Assembly: GCA_008080735.1 (NCBI GenBank)
Contig: SHMW01000027.1
Span: 1 to 35,239 of the forward strand
Reading direction: 5' to 3'
Length of the DNA stretch: 35,239 nucleotides
Source of the DNA: Promethearchaeota archaeon
Lineage (GTDB): Archaea; Asgardarchaeota; Lokiarchaeia; Sigyniarchaeales; SOKP01
Translations under genes and position numbers: made by a program
Shown here: in pieces, positions 17,754 to 26,275 of the stretch
How the letters are laid out: every line of letters begins with the position of its first letter
Numbering within the stretch: the first letter of the stretch is position 1
The notes under the pieces: model-generated
Told to the model about the DNA's origin: nothing
Databases searched by the model: none
Seen by the model: the letters and a program-made list of their open reading frames with translations, nothing else

Positions 17754-19025
17754 TCACATATCTTTGATTCTATAATTCTCTAACGCAATATCAATGATTT
17801 TGGAAGCAACATATCTCTTACTATGCTTAGATACGTGGGTTGTATGTTTTTCTTTGTCGATGATATAGACTTCGTTCTCGCTGCTTTCAAAGCCAACATC
17901 TTCTCGCCCAACATCATTAGCTACTATTAAATCAGCATCTGACTTCTGAAGCCGTGCATAGGCTCTGTCAATTAATTCAGTTCTGGAGACGTTCGTCTCG
18001 GCTTTGAAAGCTACAACAAATACATCCTTATTGACATCTCTGGCTTTATCAATGATTTTAGGAGTTAATCTCATATTTACCTGTAATTCCTTTACTTTAT
18101 CAGAGGAGATTTTCCCTTCTATACAATCAATTGGAGAATAATCGCTGATTGCAGCTGCGCAGATAAACATATCATAAGTATTATCATTAAGTTCCTTATT
18201 TACTGTATTGATAAAATCATCTGTGGAAATTACATTTTTAACATTAAGATAATCTGGAACTTCAACGGAACTCTTTCCGTTAACAAGCAAGACATCAGCA
18301 CCTCTAGCTGATGCTTCTTTCGCCAACTCAATACCCATTCTTCCCGATGAATCGTTAGAAACAAACCGTATTTCGTCGATATATTCTCTCGTGGGTCCCG
18401 CAGTTACCAAAATTTTCTTTCCATCGAGATCTTTCTTGGCAACAAGGATATCGATTGTTCTATCGATGATATCATCAATACGTGCGATCTTAGCTTTACC
18501 CTCCGCGATTCTTGGTCCGAGTATCTCAACACCATATTTTCTTAACTTGGTCATATTCTCTTTTAGAATGGGGTGTCGAAACATCGATTCGTGCATCGCA
18601 GGGACAACAATTATAGGAATAGATGAACCAAAAGCAGTGGTTACGACAGTAGTTACCGGAGTATCGTCTATTCCATTAGCAATTTTTGATATGGTATTGG
18701 CAGTGGCAGGACAAACCAATATTAAGTCTGCTTGGCCTACCGCTCTTGGTCTTTCTCCCGCTAGATAGACATGTTCAACGTTTCCAGTTAATTTTGTAAT
18801 CGCGGGATTACCAGTTGCCCAATGTATCATCTGAGGAGTGATTAATTCTGTAGCCGCATGTGTCATAACACCAATCACTTCCGCCCCCCTTCTCATTAAT
18901 TCACGTGCGATAATTGGTGCGCTAATTATCGCCACACTACCTGTCAAACACATGCAAACAGTCTTTCCCCTGAGCAGAGTTCCTTCAGATTCTTGAATAT
19001 CCTTTGATGGATGCTTAAATTCCAT
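17754..19025 (-). CDS. coaBC: Bifunctional phosphopantothenoylcysteine decarboxylase / phosphopantothenate-cysteine ligase
   Basis: TGSVA, EHV, PATANTISK, PAMH.SM, TAGPTRE.ID.IRF.SN.SSG.MG, AAISDY, FKAET, VANDV. Confidence 0.97.
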   Translation of the reverse strand: MEFKHPSKDIQESEGTLLRGKTVCMCLTGSVAIISAPIIARELMRRGAEVIGVMTHAATELITPQMIHWATGNPAITKLTGNVEHVYLAGERPRAVGQADLILVCPATANTISKIANGIDDTPVTTVVTTAFGSSIPIIVVPAMHESMFRHPILKENMTKLRKYGVEILGPRIAEGKAKIARIDDIIDRTIDILVAKKDLDGKKILVTAGPTREYIDEIRFVSNDSSGRMGIELAKEASARGADVLLVNGKSSVEVPDYLNVKNVISTDDFINTVNKELNDNTYDMFICAAAISDYSPIDCIEGKISSDKVKELQVNMRLTPKIIDKARDVNKDVFVVAFKAETNVSRTELIDRAYARLQKSDADLIVANDVGREDVGFESSENEVYIIDKEKHTTHVSKHSKRYVASKIIDIALENYRIKDM

Positions 19026-19174
19026 TATCTTCGAGATGATAAGTTTTATTTATATCCTATTAAATAGTGTAATAAATTAAAAATATTATATTTTCCTTTT
19101 TATCGATTCAGATCAAAAAGCATAGGATGTAGTTTATCTCAAAGTTTTAATATCTTCTAAAAGGATGAAAATAT

Positions 19175-19474
19175 ATGAAGAAGGAAAAAAAAGTAGTGGA
19201 AGTTACGGGAATTTGGAAATTTTTACACCATCTTCTTTCTGGGGCGATCATCCTTATTGAGGGAATTCTCCTCTTGGTTTTTAGTGAAAACCTTATATTT
19301 AGTATGATCTTTATTTTTGTTGGCGCCTTTCTTTTTATTGACGACCTATTAGCAGAAACAATTGATATATCAATTTTTACTAACATTCATTCTAATCCGA
19401 AAAAATTAAAAATCGCGGGGTTGTTATTCTTCATATTTATGGAAATTATATTTATCTCAATTCTGGTTTTTTAA
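19175..19474 (+). CDS. Small membrane protein (about 3 TM helices)
   Basis: ATG start, three hydrophobic stretches, HHLLSG motif; fills the gap between coaBC and the radical SAM gene. Confidence 0.65.
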   Translation: MKKEKKVVEVTGIWKFLHHLLSGAIILIEGILLLVFSENLIFSMIFIFVGAFLFIDDLLAETIDISIFTNIHSNPKKLKIAGLLFFIFMEIIFISILVF

Positions 19475-20929
19475 CTGATTCGCAGAGCTGAGCTCATTAT
19501 ACCAGTTACTATAAAATTGTTTCCAAGTTGCCAAATCTCTGAAGTTGCTAAATTTGAAGATCTTTAGAATTGATATATAGTTTTCTTTATAATCATATAG
19601 AAGATCTTTTAGAGAATACTTATGAGAGCATTTTCTCAAAACAGACAATTTAAATTGGTTCTTTTTGGATTCCCACCATCGTTTATTGAATTCTGAACCA
19701 TATAATTCCTCATATTTCTTCATATTATGAAATGCGGGCGTATTAGGATAACAAGCAAACAAGGACGGACTTATTTGAATATTTTCATGGGACGCATTTT
19801 CCTCAAGAAATTTAAAAGTATTATTGAATGATTTTTTATCTTCGCCTGGGAATCCACATAAAACATTCAATCTACAATAATTTAACTCATATTCTGTATA
19901 TTTTTGTATTATTTTTTCTGCCATTTCTAAATAATAATTTGGATTTCGAGTTTTATTCATCTCAACCAAAAGACTCTTGTCCGCAGATTCAAGCCCATAA
20001 CCAATAATCAATTTACTGATTTTGATTTTATTTAAAATGGATAAATCTGATGCAATAGTCTCTATACGTGATTGGCAAGAAAAGTTAATAGACTCTTGTA
20101 ATTGTTGCTTTATGATGTAATCAAGTATTTTCTCCTTAATAGGGATACTAAAGAATGCCTGATCAGCAAAGCTAATTTTTGGGTACTTTTTATTCTGATT
20201 GAGAACAACTTGAACCAATTCATCAAACACATTTTTGAAATGTTCAAAAGAATAGACTCTAAATCGATAATTGATTGAGCAAAAGGTACATTGGTAAGGA
20301 CATCCCCTCGAAGTATAAAGATCGAATTTATATTTATCAAAATAAGGATACTTATTTAGATAAAGGTTATAATCTGGAGGAGGTAGTTCATTTACATCAA
20401 TATATCGCTTTTCCCTAAAAATCTGGGTTTCTCGGGACTTTTTGGTGGTTATATTCTCATTTTTTGAAAGATACTTTGATAATATAAGTTCAGCTTCATT
20501 GATTATAATATAATCAAAAGGGGAATTTTTAAATGTGAAGTCGTGAGGATTTGCTGAAGGATGATATCCCCCCACAAAAACATTCTTGTCTCTGTAAGAT
20601 TTTTTAATAATTTCCGCAATTATTTTCGTTTGCAAGTATTGGAAAGAGGTATAGCAGCTTATTCCAATATTTTTAAAATTTTGAATTGCAGCACTTTCTA
20701 GCACTTTCTCACAGTGTTGCTCAAATTTGTAAAGATCGTTTGATTGGGGATTCCATTTTGAATCTCTCTCTTCTTCAATACGCATATCAATAATATCTGT
20801 TTCTATTTTATTTCGCTCTTTTAAATAGGATGAAATCTGAAGGGACCCTAATGGTAGATCATTGTAATAGAGAAGTTTCTGATAGGGTTCTATATTGAAG
20901 AATCCGGGAATTATGAACAAGAAATTCAT
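19457..20929 (-). CDS. Cobalamin (B12)-binding radical SAM protein
   Basis: PLG...ISSYLK, GISC.TS, GGYHPS (B12-binding domain); TSRGCPYQCTFC (CxxxCxxC); GLES, GFPGE. Confidence 0.92.
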   Translation of the reverse strand: MNFLFIIPGFFNIEPYQKLLYYNDLPLGSLQISSYLKERNKIETDIIDMRIEEERDSKWNPQSNDLYKFEQHCEKVLESAAIQNFKNIGISCYTSFQYLQTKIIAEIIKKSYRDKNVFVGGYHPSANPHDFTFKNSPFDYIIINEAELILSKYLSKNENITTKKSRETQIFREKRYIDVNELPPPDYNLYLNKYPYFDKYKFDLYTSRGCPYQCTFCSINYRFRVYSFEHFKNVFDELVQVVLNQNKKYPKISFADQAFFSIPIKEKILDYIIKQQLQESINFSCQSRIETIASDLSILNKIKISKLIIGYGLESADKSLLVEMNKTRNPNYYLEMAEKIIQKYTEYELNYCRLNVLCGFPGEDKKSFNNTFKFLEENASHENIQISPSLFACYPNTPAFHNMKKYEELYGSEFNKRWWESKKNQFKLSVLRKCSHKYSLKDLLYDYKENYISILKIFKFSNFRDLATWKQFYSNWYNELSSANQLKNQN

Positions 20930-21037
20930 AAAAATTCCAAATTAAATTAATTTAATATGTACTACTAAGATAGCTATATTATAATCTAATCTATTAAAAC
21001 CGCAATAATTAATTACTAAGAATATAGATAATGACTA

Positions 21038-21907
21038 ATGAAGGTAGGAATATTACATAATCGAGTTACTTGGGAAATAAAACGACTAATTGAGGAATTG
21101 GAAAAATCCAATATTGCATTTGAAATAATTAACAATCAGAATATTTATTTTAGATTATCGAAAGAGAAAGATTTGGAGTTCCAATTTGATTTAATTCTAG
21201 AGCGTTCCTTAAGTTATTTTCGGGGATTATATTCTTGCGCGATACTTGAAACTAAAGGATATAAGGTTTTAAATAATTTTGAATGTTTAAACATAACCGG
21301 AAATAAATTATTAACTTCTTTAAAGCTTATAGAGAATAATATTCCAACGCCAAACACTTATTTCGCATTTAAGGAGGATGCTTCAATGCAAGCGATTGAT
21401 GAGGGGCTCCATTATCCCGCAATAATAAAACCAATAATTGGTTCCTGGGGCCGCTTAATTGCCAAATTAGAAGATCAAAATAGTGCTCGGAGTAATTTAG
21501 AATGTAGAGAAACCATGGGGAATATACTACAAAAACAATATTATCTTCAAGAATACCTATCATCAACAGATCCAAAATCTCCCACGGATATAAGAGTTTT
21601 TGTTGTTGGTGATGATTGTGTAGCGGCTATGGGGCGCTATAACCCAGAGGAGGATTTCAGAAGCAATATCGCACTTGGGGGAACTGCGAAGAAAGAAGAA
21701 ATAACAGACGAGATTCGAAAGATTAGTTTAAATGCCAGTAAAGCGGTAAATGGAGAGATAGTAGGAGTTGATCTTATGGTAAAGAATGGGAAATTTTATG
21801 TGATAGAAGTTAATGGAACGCCCCAATTTAGAGCAGTCAGCAAGGCTAGTAAAATCAATGTGGCAAATAAAATTGTTGATTATATAATTAGGAATTATAA
21901 AAAATAG
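21038..21907 (+). CDS. argX: LysW ligase of the LysX/ArgX ATP-grasp family, ArgX-like (glutamate--LysW ligase)
   Basis: KPIIGSWGR, YYLQEY, DIRV, GVDL, EVN; substrate loop RYNPEEDFRSNIALGG resembles ArgX more than LysX (WITNTA); operonic with lysZ and lysK. Confidence 0.75.
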   Translation: MKVGILHNRVTWEIKRLIEELEKSNIAFEIINNQNIYFRLSKEKDLEFQFDLILERSLSYFRGLYSCAILETKGYKVLNNFECLNITGNKLLTSLKLIENNIPTPNTYFAFKEDASMQAIDEGLHYPAIIKPIIGSWGRLIAKLEDQNSARSNLECRETMGNILQKQYYLQEYLSSTDPKSPTDIRVFVVGDDCVAAMGRYNPEEDFRSNIALGGTAKKEEITDEIRKISLNASKAVNGEIVGVDLMVKNGKFYVIEVNGTPQFRAVSKASKINVANKIVDYIIRNYKK

Positions 21908-21919
21908 AGGTTCATAGTT

Positions 21920-22747
21920 ATGATTGTTGTAGTGAAGATCGGAGGAGCCTTAATCGCGGAAAATTTTGATAATGTGGTAAATGATATTACTAATATTCAT
22001 CAAAATCATAGTGATAAATATAAGTTGGTCATTGTTCATGGGGGTGGACCGCAGATTAATGAGTTATTACGGCAAATGAATAAAGAACCTAAATATTTCA
22101 AGACACCTTCTGGATTTAGAACAAGATATACAGATCAAGAGGCAATAGACGTTGCCATTATGACCTTAGGAGGTAAAAATAATAAGCGTTTGGTTGAGGC
22201 TCTCCAAAAAAGGGATATTAATGCGTTTGGATTCACAGGGATTGATGGAGGTATCATTGAAGCAAAGAGAAAGGAAAAAATACTCGTAATGATAAATGAT
22301 AAACGTATTATGAAACATGGTGAATATTCTGGCAAAGTAAAAAGTGTGCACACAGAATTATTGCAATATCTACTTGAAATGAATTATCTTCCGGTAATTG
22401 GCTCATTAGGAAAAAGTGAGAAGGGAGAGATCGTAAATTTAGACGGGGATAGAGCAGCTAGCTATATTGCGAATGCATTAGGAGCAGAAATCTTAATAAG
22501 TTTGACAGATGTAGAGGGCATTTACAAGGATTTCGAAGATAAGAATTCCTTGATTCAAAATATAAAAAGATATCAATTAGAACATCTTATGGAGCAATTG
22601 GCGGGGGGAATGAAGAAAAAAGCTTATGCGGCATTAGAGGCTTTAGATATGAAAATTCAAACAGTTATTATTAGTTCTGGATTAGGCGATAATCCAATAT
22701 ATAATGCTTTGGAAAAAGAGACAGGAACAGTGATTTCGAATGAATGA
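21920..22747 (+). CDS. lysZ: [LysW]-aminoadipate/[LysW]-glutamate kinase
   Basis: VVKIGG, VHGGG, SGFRTRYTD, YSGKV, NLDGDRAA, LTDVEG, GGMKKK. Confidence 0.93.
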   Translation: MIVVVKIGGALIAENFDNVVNDITNIHQNHSDKYKLVIVHGGGPQINELLRQMNKEPKYFKTPSGFRTRYTDQEAIDVAIMTLGGKNNKRLVEALQKRDINAFGFTGIDGGIIEAKRKEKILVMINDKRIMKHGEYSGKVKSVHTELLQYLLEMNYLPVIGSLGKSEKGEIVNLDGDRAASYIANALGAEILISLTDVEGIYKDFEDKNSLIQNIKRYQLEHLMEQLAGGMKKKAYAALEALDMKIQTVIISSGLGDNPIYNALEKETGTVISNE

Positions 22748-23903
22748 AGAAGCGATCAAATTTCTAAAATCATGTATAGACATTTATAGTCCCTCTGGAA
22801 AAGAAGAAATATATTCAAAATTCTTAGCGAAATATTTAGAAAAGTACAATTTTAAGGTTGATTTCGATAATGTTGGAAATCTTATAGCAGAAAAAGGAGA
22901 AGGAAAGCCAGTAATATTATTTAGCTCCCATATGGATACAATTCCCGGGGAATTACCTATTAGAAAAAAAGAGGGAAAGATTTATGGACGAGGAGCCGTC
23001 GATTGTAAGTCTTCTTTAGCTGCGATGGTGTATGCATTGAGTCAATTTGATTTTAGTAAGGATATCTCGGGAAAAGTGATTTTTTCAGGTATCGTTAGAG
23101 AAGAGGACAGTCTCGTGGGAATCAAAGAGTTTGTAAAAGCAAATATTCATCCTGATTTCGCGATTTTTGGAGAACCTACTAAAATTAATCAAATCTGTAT
23201 TGGATACAAGGGGAGATTGTGTATTGGATTTAGAGTATTATCTAAAATGGGTCATGTTGCTAGCTCTTGGGAATATGTAAATGCGATCGAAATATGTATG
23301 GAAATTTGGAATATAGTTAAACTAACTTGTTGGGATTTAACGGAAAAACATAAATCCACCTATAATAAAAAAACAAAATACTTTGATAAAATTATTCCAA
23401 ATTTAACAGTGATCAACGGAGGTAATCTGACAAATTGCGTCCCGTCTGAGTGTGTTATCCAAGTGGATATAAGATTTCCTCCTTATATTGATTCAAGTCA
23501 GATACTTAATGAAATGAGGTCCAGAATTCTTGAGTTTCAAAATTTATATGAAACGCAACACCAAGTTAAGATAAAAATTCAAGAACATATTTCCAGTTTG
23601 GTGGAGGGTTTTGAAATAAAAAAGAATGAGTCCATTATTGGAGCCTTGAGATGGGCGATCTATAACACGATAAATGAGAAACCGATTCTGATCAAAAAAA
23701 CCGGAACGACCTTTATAAATAATATCGGAATCGCATTCGATATCCCTTCCATAACATACGGGCCAGGAGATCCTAAATTAGAGCATACAGATTTAGAATT
23801 TATTGAAATTGAGGAATATCTTAAGTGTATAGAAATTTATAAAAAATTTCTTACAAAATTCTACAAGATATATGAAAGAAAACAAGAGAAATTGAAGATC
23901 TGA
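22740..23903 (+). CDS. lysK: [LysW]-lysine/[LysW]-ornithine hydrolase (M20 peptidase)
   Basis: YSPSGKE, SHMDTIPG, GRGAVDCK, REE, GEP, YGPGD..LEHT; overlaps lysZ by 8 nt. Confidence 0.9.
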   Translation: MNEEAIKFLKSCIDIYSPSGKEEIYSKFLAKYLEKYNFKVDFDNVGNLIAEKGEGKPVILFSSHMDTIPGELPIRKKEGKIYGRGAVDCKSSLAAMVYALSQFDFSKDISGKVIFSGIVREEDSLVGIKEFVKANIHPDFAIFGEPTKINQICIGYKGRLCIGFRVLSKMGHVASSWEYVNAIEICMEIWNIVKLTCWDLTEKHKSTYNKKTKYFDKIIPNLTVINGGNLTNCVPSECVIQVDIRFPPYIDSSQILNEMRSRILEFQNLYETQHQVKIKIQEHISSLVEGFEIKKNESIIGALRWAIYNTINEKPILIKKTGTTFINNIGIAFDIPSITYGPGDPKLEHTDLEFIEIEEYLKCIEIYKKFLTKFYKIYERKQEKLKI

Positions 23904-23915
23904 GCATAATTCTTA

Positions 23916-26273
23916 TTAATCCGTTTCAATTGATTCCACTTCAACAATATTCAACTTGAGCCCTAATTTTTGTGATAGTTCTTTAAAATTACTGAGTTCT
24001 CTAGGCGAAATAATCGTACTCTCTCCAAGATTTAATATTTTTGCGAACTTAATTCCATAATAGGTTTTTTTAATTTGAGAGATATCACATTTATTTCCAG
24101 ACTTCAAAATATTTTGATTTTCAAATTCTTTTTTTCTTATTTCAATAAAATCATCAAAATATTTTATAAAAGGGGAATTTTTCATCTCCTTCAGCCGAAA
24201 AGCTATTGTACTTCCTATTTCTCTCTTTTTCAATAGTTTTTGAATGTATTTATGAACACTTTTGATAAGAGCTTGTTTAAACTCATCAATATTCATATCA
24301 TTCTCTAAAATATCTTCAATGAATTCGGAATATGGTAGATCCATTCCCGCTAAATCGTTATATAAATTGAGAAGAATTAGAATTTGATCAGATTTATTTT
24401 TTGGATTTCTCTTAATCTCATTAAATATGTAAGATCTTTCTTTATTGATGAATTTGAATAAAAATTTCCGGAATTCTTTAATAAATTTTTTATAATTCGG
24501 TGTGAATTGTCTATTCGGGTTTGTCGATGCAATTCTATTAGCCTCGAAAGGATCTAATTCTTTCTTTATTACAGATTTAACTAAAGAAAGGGGATAATAT
24601 CCTTCAACATATTCCATACCATTAGCAATATTTTTAACTGCATCTTTAAAAGAACATTTAGTAATTATATTAATATTTTTGATCATATCCCCTTCGATTT
24701 TAGTAGGTGTTTTCATACAATAACATAAATCAAAGGGTCTTAAATCATGAAAGAGGGGATTGTTTTGGTCCGGAATTAGAATTTGGGAGCTATATGCATT
24801 TACTAAACTTCCTTTTATAGGTTTACTTGCTAAATCCCACTCCACAATCATTACTTTATCATTCGAATAATGCTCCTCGACATTATACACATAATCCTTA
24901 TCTTTTGTAAGGAGAGACCCCGCATCTCTAACATTAATCTCATATTCCTCATCCCCCCAAAATTGCTTTTTATAATAGAAAATATCTTGAAAATTATTAA
25001 AATTATCAAGAAATAAGTCTTTGATTATGAAATAGTTGATCCCAATATCTGATGATTTGATGGTGGAATCATTAATACCAAAAAATCCGATTTTGCCCAA
25101 AATATATGAATAAGCAGGATTATTTAGATTCTCTTCGTTGTGACTTACCTCATAAACATTCCTTTTTTTTCTAAAATCAACTTTCGTTCTCTTCACATTG
25201 TATTTTTCCATTAAGAATTTGAGGAATACGAACTTTTTCAAATAAACTTTCTTTTCCAACTCTTTTATTTCTTTCTTGTAGTTTTCATATTCAGAGAGAA
25301 ATCTATCCTCATCAATATTAAAAATGGAAAATTGCTCTTTCATCAGTTCTAATTTTTCTAATACACTAAAGTTTTCAATCTCCTGTAGAAAATAATCAAC
25401 TAGCTGTTCTCTAAAATCATTTGTTTTATCCTCTGAGATTGCATCAGTAAATCTTGGTTCTGCTTTAACTAATGAATTATAATGCCTTCTGATGATATAT
25501 ATCGCAAAATATTGTTCATTCCAATCTTGACTTAACAACATTTTCTTAAAAATTGAAAAATGATTCGCTAAGAAATCAACGGAAATATATTTAAAAATAT
25601 CTTCGATATAATTAATGATTCTTAGAAGATTATAGAAAGAATATTGTGAAATTGAATTTAAAAATTGTTCAAACCCTCTTTGGATGGTTTTTTTGTATAT
25701 TTCTAAAGTTGAGCCAAGTTCATTTCTATATCCTTTTCTGATAAACTCAAAAAATTCGATGAATAATCCCTTTTTTAAAGAGATATTAAGAAAGTTCTCT
25801 ATAATTGATCCGCATTGCGATTGGTTAATTATGGCTTTATTTAAATAATTTAGTCCATCTACATAATTATCTAATTCATTGAAACACCTATTTGCAAGAA
25901 GAGTAAAGTTTTCACTCTTTTTTTTTGAACCAAAATCCTCCGAAGTTAGAGTGTATGATTCTAGAGTTTTGAAAATCTCTACTGCTTTTTCTTCATTTAA
26001 GAGAAATAATGATTTAAGGAAATGTTTACAAATTTTCTTATCTCTATCAGAATAAATAAGAAACGATGGACAATCGTGAAATATTTCCTTGTTTTCCTCG
26101 TCAATTATTATATGAAATTCCCGTTCTTCATCGAAAACAATCATCCGAGCAAATAAAGGATCTTTTTTTAGAGAAATAATATTTATCATATTCGTCGGAA
26201 ATTCTTTCGCTTTCTTAAATAATTCTTTTCCAACGCAATTTTTAATTAATGCTCCAAGATTGAATTTTGACAT
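23916..26273 (-). CDS. Large hypothetical protein with N-terminal SWIM-type zinc finger
   Basis: IFHDCPSF-x8-ICKH (HxC...CxH) after two beta strands, followed by mostly helical sequence. Start coupled to the vWA stop (TAGTGATG; ATG at 26273). Confidence 0.7.
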   Translation of the reverse strand: MSKFNLGALIKNCVGKELFKKAKEFPTNMINIISLKKDPLFARMIVFDEEREFHIIIDEENKEIFHDCPSFLIYSDRDKKICKHFLKSLFLLNEEKAVEIFKTLESYTLTSEDFGSKKKSENFTLLANRCFNELDNYVDGLNYLNKAIINQSQCGSIIENFLNISLKKGLFIEFFEFIRKGYRNELGSTLEIYKKTIQRGFEQFLNSISQYSFYNLLRIINYIEDIFKYISVDFLANHFSIFKKMLLSQDWNEQYFAIYIIRRHYNSLVKAEPRFTDAISEDKTNDFREQLVDYFLQEIENFSVLEKLELMKEQFSIFNIDEDRFLSEYENYKKEIKELEKKVYLKKFVFLKFLMEKYNVKRTKVDFRKKRNVYEVSHNEENLNNPAYSYILGKIGFFGINDSTIKSSDIGINYFIIKDLFLDNFNNFQDIFYYKKQFWGDEEYEINVRDAGSLLTKDKDYVYNVEEHYSNDKVMIVEWDLASKPIKGSLVNAYSSQILIPDQNNPLFHDLRPFDLCYCMKTPTKIEGDMIKNINIITKCSFKDAVKNIANGMEYVEGYYPLSLVKSVIKKELDPFEANRIASTNPNRQFTPNYKKFIKEFRKFLFKFINKERSYIFNEIKRNPKNKSDQILILLNLYNDLAGMDLPYSEFIEDILENDMNIDEFKQALIKSVHKYIQKLLKKREIGSTIAFRLKEMKNSPFIKYFDDFIEIRKKEFENQNILKSGNKCDISQIKKTYYGIKFAKILNLGESTIISPRELSNFKELSQKLGLKLNIVEVESIETD

Positions 26274-26275
26274 CA

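Noticed and set aside
20930-21037. Hidden lysW upstream of argX
   Set aside because: Only 108 bp, AT-rich, with no CxxC or EDWGE-coding frame.
23895-23915. Selenocysteine or readthrough at TGA stops (lysK; also coaBC)
   Set aside because: The proteins are already full length, another stop follows shortly, and no SECIS-like hairpin was recognised.
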